A stretch of 30,000 nucleotides of DNA from positions 100,413-130,412 of the forward strand of contig NZ_BQIP01000011.1 in assembly GCF_021602585.1 (NCBI RefSeq), given 5' to 3'. Position numbers and translations under genes: made by a program. This stretch comes from Pseudomonas faucium (GTDB lineage Bacteria; Pseudomonadota; Gammaproteobacteria; Pseudomonadales; Pseudomonadaceae). Position 1 is the first letter of the stretch. Each line of letters opens with the position of its first letter. The notes beneath the pieces are model-generated. The model did no database searches. It saw only the letters and a list, made by a program, of their open reading frames with translations, and was not told the DNA's origin. This document shows, piece after piece, positions 25,093 through 30,000 of this stretch.

Positions 25093-26196
25093 ATGAATAA
25101 CAACAATGATTCCACCCAACTGCTGGACATCACCCGGCGCAAGCTGCTGCTGGTCGGTGCCGCAGGCCTTGCCGGCGTCGGTGCCGTGGCCGCGCTGATG
25201 CCCACCGCGCTCTGGGCGCAGACCACACTGACGTTTTCCAATTCCTTCCGCTCCCTGACCAACCCCTACCACGCCATCTTCAACCGCGGCGGCCAGGCCT
25301 ACGCGGCCAGCCTGGGCCTGCCGTACTCGCCGCTGGTCACCGAAGGCAACAGCCAGAAGGGCATCGCCGATATCCGCGCGCTGATCGCCAAGACCGAAGG
25401 CAACCTGATCCTCAACATCGAGCCCAACGACTCCGCCGACGCCCGCGCCATCATCGAGCAGTGCGTCAAGGCCGGGGTCTACGTCACCACCGTGTGGAAC
25501 AAGCCCGACGACATGCACCCCTGGGACTACAGCCCCTACTGGGTGGCGCACATCTCCGAAGACGGCCAGGCGGTGGGCGAGGCGGTGGCCACCGAGCTGT
25601 TCGAAGCCATGGGCGGCAGCGGCGGCATCGTCGCCCTGGGCGGTATCCTCAGCAACGTGGCGGCCATCGGCCGGCGCAGTGGCCTGGAGGCCGCGCTGAA
25701 GAAGTACCCCGGCATCACCCTGCTGGACTTCCAGCCAGCCGACTGGAGCGCGAACAAGGCGTTCCCCATCGTGCAGTCGTGGCTGACCCGCTTCAACAGC
25801 GACATCAAGGGCATCTGGTGCGCCAACGACGACATGGGCATGGGCGCGCTCGAAGCGCTGCGTGGCGAAGGCCTGGCGGGGATGATCCCGGTGGTGGGCA
25901 TCGATGGCATCGAGCAGGCCGTCGAAGCCATTCGCACCGGCGAATACATCGCCACCACCAGCCTCGACCCTTACTGGCTCGGCAGCATGGGCCTGGCCCT
26001 GGGCCACGCGGCCAAGACCGGGCGCATCGACCCGGCCCAGGAGCCGCACGAGCACCGTGAGTTCTACGTGCGCCCGCAACTGGTCACCAAGGCCAATGTC
26101 GAGGCGTTCTACGCGAGCAACTTCAAGGCCACCCCGGTGGTGGACGTGAATGATTTCTGGGGGCGCGTGGCCGGGCCTATCCGCTACACCTCCTGA
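25093..26196 (+). CDS. Sugar-type (RbsB-like, PBP1) ABC substrate-binding protein with Tat-type signal peptide
   Basis: GGAGG lies 4 nt before the ATG. The N-terminus MNNNNDSTQLLDITRRKLLLVGAAGLAGVGAVAALMPTALWA has a twin-arginine motif. The remainder resembles periplasmic sugar-binding proteins. Confidence 0.8.
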   Translation: MNNNNDSTQLLDITRRKLLLVGAAGLAGVGAVAALMPTALWAQTTLTFSNSFRSLTNPYHAIFNRGGQAYAASLGLPYSPLVTEGNSQKGIADIRALIAKTEGNLILNIEPNDSADARAIIEQCVKAGVYVTTVWNKPDDMHPWDYSPYWVAHISEDGQAVGEAVATELFEAMGGSGGIVALGGILSNVAAIGRRSGLEAALKKYPGITLLDFQPADWSANKAFPIVQSWLTRFNSDIKGIWCANDDMGMGALEALRGEGLAGMIPVVGIDGIEQAVEAIRTGEYIATTSLDPYWLGSMGLALGHAAKTGRIDPAQEPHEHREFYVRPQLVTKANVEAFYASNFKATPVVDVNDFWGRVAGPIRYTS

Positions 26197-26278
26197 CCCC
26201 TAGCGCCTTTTTCATTCGGCCAGCCTGCCAGGCTGCACGCCGAGGGTTTTCTACTGCCTGTTTTCCGGAGTTATCGTC

Positions 26279-27223
26279 ATGGCCCGCCTGCGACGGTTTT
26301 CGTCACTGCTTGTCCTGCTGCTGATCGGCCTGCTCATCGGTTCGATCAACAGCAACTTCTTCGACCCGATGAACCTGGTGCGCATTGCCACCGCCTGTTC
26401 GATCCCACTGCTGATGGCACTGGGCGGGATGTTCGTGATCCAGATGGGCAGCATCGACCTGTCCGTGGAAGGCGTGGTGGCGGTCGCCGCCGTGTGCTTC
26501 GCCCTGCTGGTGGGCAACAACCTCAATGCCCACGCCCTTGGCCTGTGGGCCTTGCCGGTGGCCATTGCGGTTGGCGCCGGCACCGGCCTGCTCAACGGCC
26601 TGCTGCAGGTGAAACTGCGCATCCCGTCGTTCATGGCCACCCTGGGCCTGGGCTTCGTCGGCATCGGCCTGGCCACGGCCTTGCTGCAGGGCAACACCGT
26701 GCGGGTGCTGGACATGGACGTGCGCGCCATCGCCTTGCACCGCCTGCTCGGCCTGCCGTTGTCGGTGTGGATCGTGGTGCTGGCGCTGGGCGTCGCGCAC
26801 TTCATCTCGCGCCATACCGTGCTCGGGCGCCACGCCCTGGCGATCGGCGGTGGCGAGGACCTGGCGCGGCTCAATGGCGTCAACGTCAACCGCATACGCA
26901 TCGGCATCTTCGCCCTGGCCGGGGGCTTCTATGGCCTGGCGGCAATCCTTGCGGTGGCGCAGTTCGGCCAGGGGCACGCGCTGATCGCCCAGGGCCAGCT
27001 GTTCACCGCGATCACCGCCATCGTGGTCGGCGGCGCCTCGCTGGCCGGCGGCAACGGCAGCCCGCTGGTCACCTTGCTGGGCGTGCTGATCGTGGTGGTG
27101 GTGAGCAACGGCATGGTCCTGATGGGGGTTGCGCCGTATGTCCAGCAAGGTGTGCAGGGGGTGTTGATCATCGCTGCCGTCGCCATTGCCCTCGACCGTG
27201 CCAAGGCACGGGTCGTCAAGTGA
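26279..27223 (+). CDS. ABC transporter permease (ribose/xylose-type)
   Basis: 314-aa polytopic protein with a RbsC-like pattern (GSIDLSVEG.., ..TLG.. and ..GG.SL.GG.GS). Confidence 0.85.
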   Translation: MARLRRFSSLLVLLLIGLLIGSINSNFFDPMNLVRIATACSIPLLMALGGMFVIQMGSIDLSVEGVVAVAAVCFALLVGNNLNAHALGLWALPVAIAVGAGTGLLNGLLQVKLRIPSFMATLGLGFVGIGLATALLQGNTVRVLDMDVRAIALHRLLGLPLSVWIVVLALGVAHFISRHTVLGRHALAIGGGEDLARLNGVNVNRIRIGIFALAGGFYGLAAILAVAQFGQGHALIAQGQLFTAITAIVVGGASLAGGNGSPLVTLLGVLIVVVVSNGMVLMGVAPYVQQGVQGVLIIAAVAIALDRAKARVVK

Positions 27224-27234
27224 GGAAAGCCGCC

Positions 27235-28737
27235 ATGCTCACCCTGAACAATGTCACCAAGCGCTTCAACGGCGTCACCGTGCTCAAGGGCATCGACCTT
27301 GAGGTACGCAAGCATGAAGTGGTCGGCCTGATCGGCGAGAACGGTGCCGGCAAATCGACCCTGATGAAAATCCTCACCGGCGTGCACCAGCCCGATGAAG
27401 GGCACCTGGAGCTCGACGGCCAGCCCATCGTCCTCGACGGCCCTCGCGGTGCCACCGCGCAGGGCATCGCCATGGTCTACCAGGAGCAGTCGATCCTGCC
27501 CAACCTGTCGGTGGCCGAGAACCTGTTCATGGGCCGCGAAGACGAATTCTCGCGCTTTGGCTGGCTGAACTGGAAAAAACTGCACCGCGCGGCGCGCCAG
27601 CAGCTGGCCAAGGTCAACCTCGATATCGACCCGGGCATGCTGTGCAGCGAGCTGAGCTTCGGCCAGCGGCAGATGATCGAGCTGGCCAAGGCGCTGGCGC
27701 TGGAAGAACGCTGCCAGGGCCACCTGGTGATCTTGCTCGACGAGCCCACCTCGGTGCTGGAGCAGCGCGAGATCGACACGCTGTTCCGCCTGGTGCGCCA
27801 GCTCAAGTCGCGCGCCTCGTTCATCTTCGTCTCGCACCGGCTGGACGAACTGCTCGAACTCAGCGACCGGGTGTACGTGATGAAGGACGGCGAGGTGGTG
27901 GCGCAGATGCCCGCTGGCGAAGCCTCCAAGGAGCGCCTGCACAGCCTGATGGTGGGCCGTTCGCTGCAGGCCGAGTTCTACCGCGAGTCGCTGCAGAAGC
28001 CGTGCTTGCCCGAGGTGGTGCTGTCGGCACGCGGGCTGGCCTTGCACGGCCATTTCGCCAGCCTCGACTTCGACCTGCACCGCGGCGAGATCCTCGGCAT
28101 CGCCGGGGTAATCGGCTCGGGCCGCGAGGAGCTGTGCCGGGTGCTGGCCGGGTTGCTGCCCCGAAGCAGCGGCGAGCTCAAGGTGCACGGCAAGCGCCTG
28201 GCCGGCGGCGGCCCGGCGGCGGCGATCCGCGCCGGGATCGGCTACATCCCGCGCGAGCGCAAGGTCGAGGGCATCGTCTCGATGCTCAGCGTGGCGCAGA
28301 ACATGACCCTGGCGCGGATCGGCCAGGTCACCCGCGCCGGCCTGCTCGACGAGAAGCGCGAGCGCAGCCTCGCCGAGAGCTGGATCAAGCGGCTGAGCAT
28401 CAAGACCCCAGGCCCGGATGCCTTGCTGCTCAACCTCAGCGGCGGCAACCAGCAGAAGGTGGTGCTGGCCAAATGGCGCAACGCCGGCTCCAGCATCCTC
28501 ATCCTCGACCACCCCACCCGTGGGCTGGACGTGGGTGCCAAGGAAGACGTCTACCAGTTGATCCGCGAGATCACCGAACAGGGCGTGTCGGTGATCCTCA
28601 CCGCCGACACCCTGGAAGAAATGATCGGCCTGAGCCACCGCATCCTGGTGATGCGCGATGGCGACGTGGCGCAATCCTTCGCCTGCCTGCCGGGGGCCAA
28701 GCCCCAGCAGGTCGACCTGATCCAGTACATGGTCTGA
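27235..28737 (+). CDS. Sugar ABC transporter ATP-binding protein (two fused ABC domains)
   Basis: GAGGA lies 8 nt before the ATG. Walker A is GENGAGKST. Signature-like motifs are LSFGQRQ and LSGGNQQK. There are two Walker B-like stretches (ILLDEPT and LILDHPT). Confidence 0.9.
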   Translation: MLTLNNVTKRFNGVTVLKGIDLEVRKHEVVGLIGENGAGKSTLMKILTGVHQPDEGHLELDGQPIVLDGPRGATAQGIAMVYQEQSILPNLSVAENLFMGREDEFSRFGWLNWKKLHRAARQQLAKVNLDIDPGMLCSELSFGQRQMIELAKALALEERCQGHLVILLDEPTSVLEQREIDTLFRLVRQLKSRASFIFVSHRLDELLELSDRVYVMKDGEVVAQMPAGEASKERLHSLMVGRSLQAEFYRESLQKPCLPEVVLSARGLALHGHFASLDFDLHRGEILGIAGVIGSGREELCRVLAGLLPRSSGELKVHGKRLAGGGPAAAIRAGIGYIPRERKVEGIVSMLSVAQNMTLARIGQVTRAGLLDEKRERSLAESWIKRLSIKTPGPDALLLNLSGGNQQKVVLAKWRNAGSSILILDHPTRGLDVGAKEDVYQLIREITEQGVSVILTADTLEEMIGLSHRILVMRDGDVAQSFACLPGAKPQQVDLIQYMV

Positions 28738-28747
28738 GAGAACAACG

Positions 28748-29695
28748 ATGCCTATCCTGCTCAATGGTTTTCGCACCCAGGCGCCGCTGCTGGCGCTGAT
28801 CGTGCTGGTTGCCCTGATCGCCGGCTACGACCCCGGCTTCATCCACCCCGGTGCCGTGTTCGGGCTGCTTGCCGACACCGCCACGCTGTTCATCATGGCC
28901 ACCGGCATCACCTTCGTGCTGCTGATCGGCGGCATCGACCTGTCGTCCCAGGCGGTGGCTTCCATGGCCAGCGTGCTGGTCGCGCTGCTGCTGCCAGGCT
29001 TCGGCCCGTGGGCCTTCGCCATCGGCCTGCTGGCGGGCATTGCCGCAGGGGCGCTGAGCGGGGTGCTGCACACCTGGCTGCGCATCCCGTCGTTCATCGT
29101 CACCCTGGCCATCGGCGGGGTGGTCACCAGCCTGACCATGCTGGTGTCGAGCAATCGCACCATCAACATCGATGGCGCGCAGCGCGATGCCTGGTTCGGC
29201 TGGGTCACCGGGCAGACGGCGGGTATCCCCAACGAAGTGCTGGTCGCAAGTGTGGTACTGGGGCTGTGCATCTTCCTGCAGCGCAAGACGCCGTTCGGCC
29301 GCTTCGGCAATGCCGTGGGCGCCGGTGAGCCTGCGGCCTGGGCCTCGGGAATCAACGTCAACCGCATCAAGGTGCTGACCTTCGCCCTGTCGGCGGGGCT
29401 GGCGGCGTTGTCCGGCGTGCTCATGGCCGGGCGCCTGTCCAGCGGCTCGCCGACCCTGGCCAACGAGTTCCTGCTGCCGGCGATTGCCGCCGTGCTGGTC
29501 GGCGGCACCGCACTGACCGGCGGCGTCGGCAGCGTGTGGCGCACCCTGGTCGGCGCGTTGCTGGTGTCGGTGGTGCGCATCGGCATGACCTTCGTCGGCA
29601 TCAGCGTGTTCGCCCAGCAGATCGTCTTCGGCGTGATCCTGATCATCGCCGTGGCCTTCACCCTGGACCGTTCCAAGCTTCCCATCGTCAAGTAA
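28748..29695 (+). CDS. Second ABC transporter permease
   Basis: 315-aa polytopic protein, paralogous in pattern to 26279-27223 (GGIDLSSQA.. and ..GG.AL.GG.GS). Confidence 0.85.
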   Translation: MPILLNGFRTQAPLLALIVLVALIAGYDPGFIHPGAVFGLLADTATLFIMATGITFVLLIGGIDLSSQAVASMASVLVALLLPGFGPWAFAIGLLAGIAAGALSGVLHTWLRIPSFIVTLAIGGVVTSLTMLVSSNRTINIDGAQRDAWFGWVTGQTAGIPNEVLVASVVLGLCIFLQRKTPFGRFGNAVGAGEPAAWASGINVNRIKVLTFALSAGLAALSGVLMAGRLSSGSPTLANEFLLPAIAAVLVGGTALTGGVGSVWRTLVGALLVSVVRIGMTFVGISVFAQQIVFGVILIIAVAFTLDRSKLPIVK

Positions 29696-29721
29696 CCCAT
29701 CGCAAAGGTGAAAACACTGCA

Positions 29722-30000
29722 ATGAAAGTCCTTGTGTCAATCAAGCGAGTGGTCGACTACAACGTCAAGGTTCGCGTCAAGGCGGACCACTCCGGCGTCG
29801 ACCTGGCAAACGTCAAGATGGCCATGAACCCCTTCTGCGAAATCGCCGTGGAAGAAGCCGTGCGCCTGAAAGAGAAAGGCGTTGCGACCGAGATCGTGGT
29901 CGTCTCCGTCGGCCCGACCACCGCCCAGGAACAGCTGCGTACCGCGCTGGCACTGGGTGCCGACCGCGCCATCCTGGTCGAGGCCGCCGATGAACTGAAC
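29722..30000 (+). CDS. etfB: Electron transfer flavoprotein beta subunit, 5' part (runs off the window)
   Basis: Absent from the ORF track because there is no stop in the window. My translation from ATG at 29722 reads [93 protein letters not shown], a canonical EtfB N-terminus. Confidence 0.9.
   Translation, partial: MKVLVSIKRVVDYNVKVRVKADHSGVDLANVKMAMNPFCEIAVEEAVRLKEKGVATEIVVVSVGPTTAQEQLRTALALGADRAILVEAADELN

Noticed and set aside
26929-28776. 615-aa minus-strand ORF, and the 385-aa plus-strand ORF at 27642-28799
   Set aside because: Both overlap the ABC ATPase gene, antisense or out of frame, and lack motifs. The ATPase frame has Walker A/B and signature motifs.
1-30000. CRISPR arrays, tRNA/rRNA genes, transposase or integrase genes, phage-defence cassettes
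   Set aside because: I found no short regularly spaced repeats and no cloverleaf-like or rRNA-like conserved segments. No ORF has recombinase or transposase motifs. The only mobile-type sequences seen are REP/REPIN-like repeats.

Overview
High-GC (about 65 %) Pseudomonas putida-group chromosome, judged from composition, REP sequences of the GTGGGAGC..CCGCGAT type and gene content. All product calls come from motif recognition by eye; no searches were run.

**1-10238: orphan T6SS vgrG island, present as a perfect tandem direct repeat with a 6,058-bp period.**
- 1-4180 is identical to 6059-10238. Copy A is cut by the window start.
- Each unit carries vgrG, a DUF1795/Eag chaperone, a 406-aa class II prePAAR-PAAR effector and three small immunity-type genes.
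- The effector has the AARQGDAIEH motif, two TM regions flanking PAAR, and a C-terminal LHH-type HNH/EndoVII-like toxin.
- Two of the three immunity-type genes are SMI1/KNR4 (SUKH); the third is unknown.
- The cargo part is much lower in GC than the backbone.
- The only vgrG visible in full (4836-6672) is frameshifted near 5460.
- The repeat breakpoint lies in the loop of a REP hairpin. Copy A is followed by a 256-bp REPIN/MITE-like element with perfect 67-bp inverted arms.

**10283-14952: core-like genes.** EamA/DMT transporter, a LysR regulator, and a divergent pxpABC-like operon (LamB/YcsF plus allophanate-hydrolase subunits 1 and 2).

**15033-29695: catabolic cluster of unknown substrate.**
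- Minus strand: acyl-CoA dehydrogenase, SDR, DUF993 and a TIM-barrel sugar-phosphate isomerase/epimerase.
- Plus strand: Pct/YdiF-type CoA-transferase, convergent TetR, aldehyde dehydrogenase, GMC oxidoreductase, and a sugar-type ABC transporter (Tat-signal SBP, permease, double ATPase, permease).
- Three copies of one 20-bp operator-like motif and recurrent AACAACA (Crc/Hfq-type) motifs at gene starts tie it together.

**29722 to window end:** the 5' part of etfB.

I did not see any rRNA, tRNA, CRISPR array or transposase gene.
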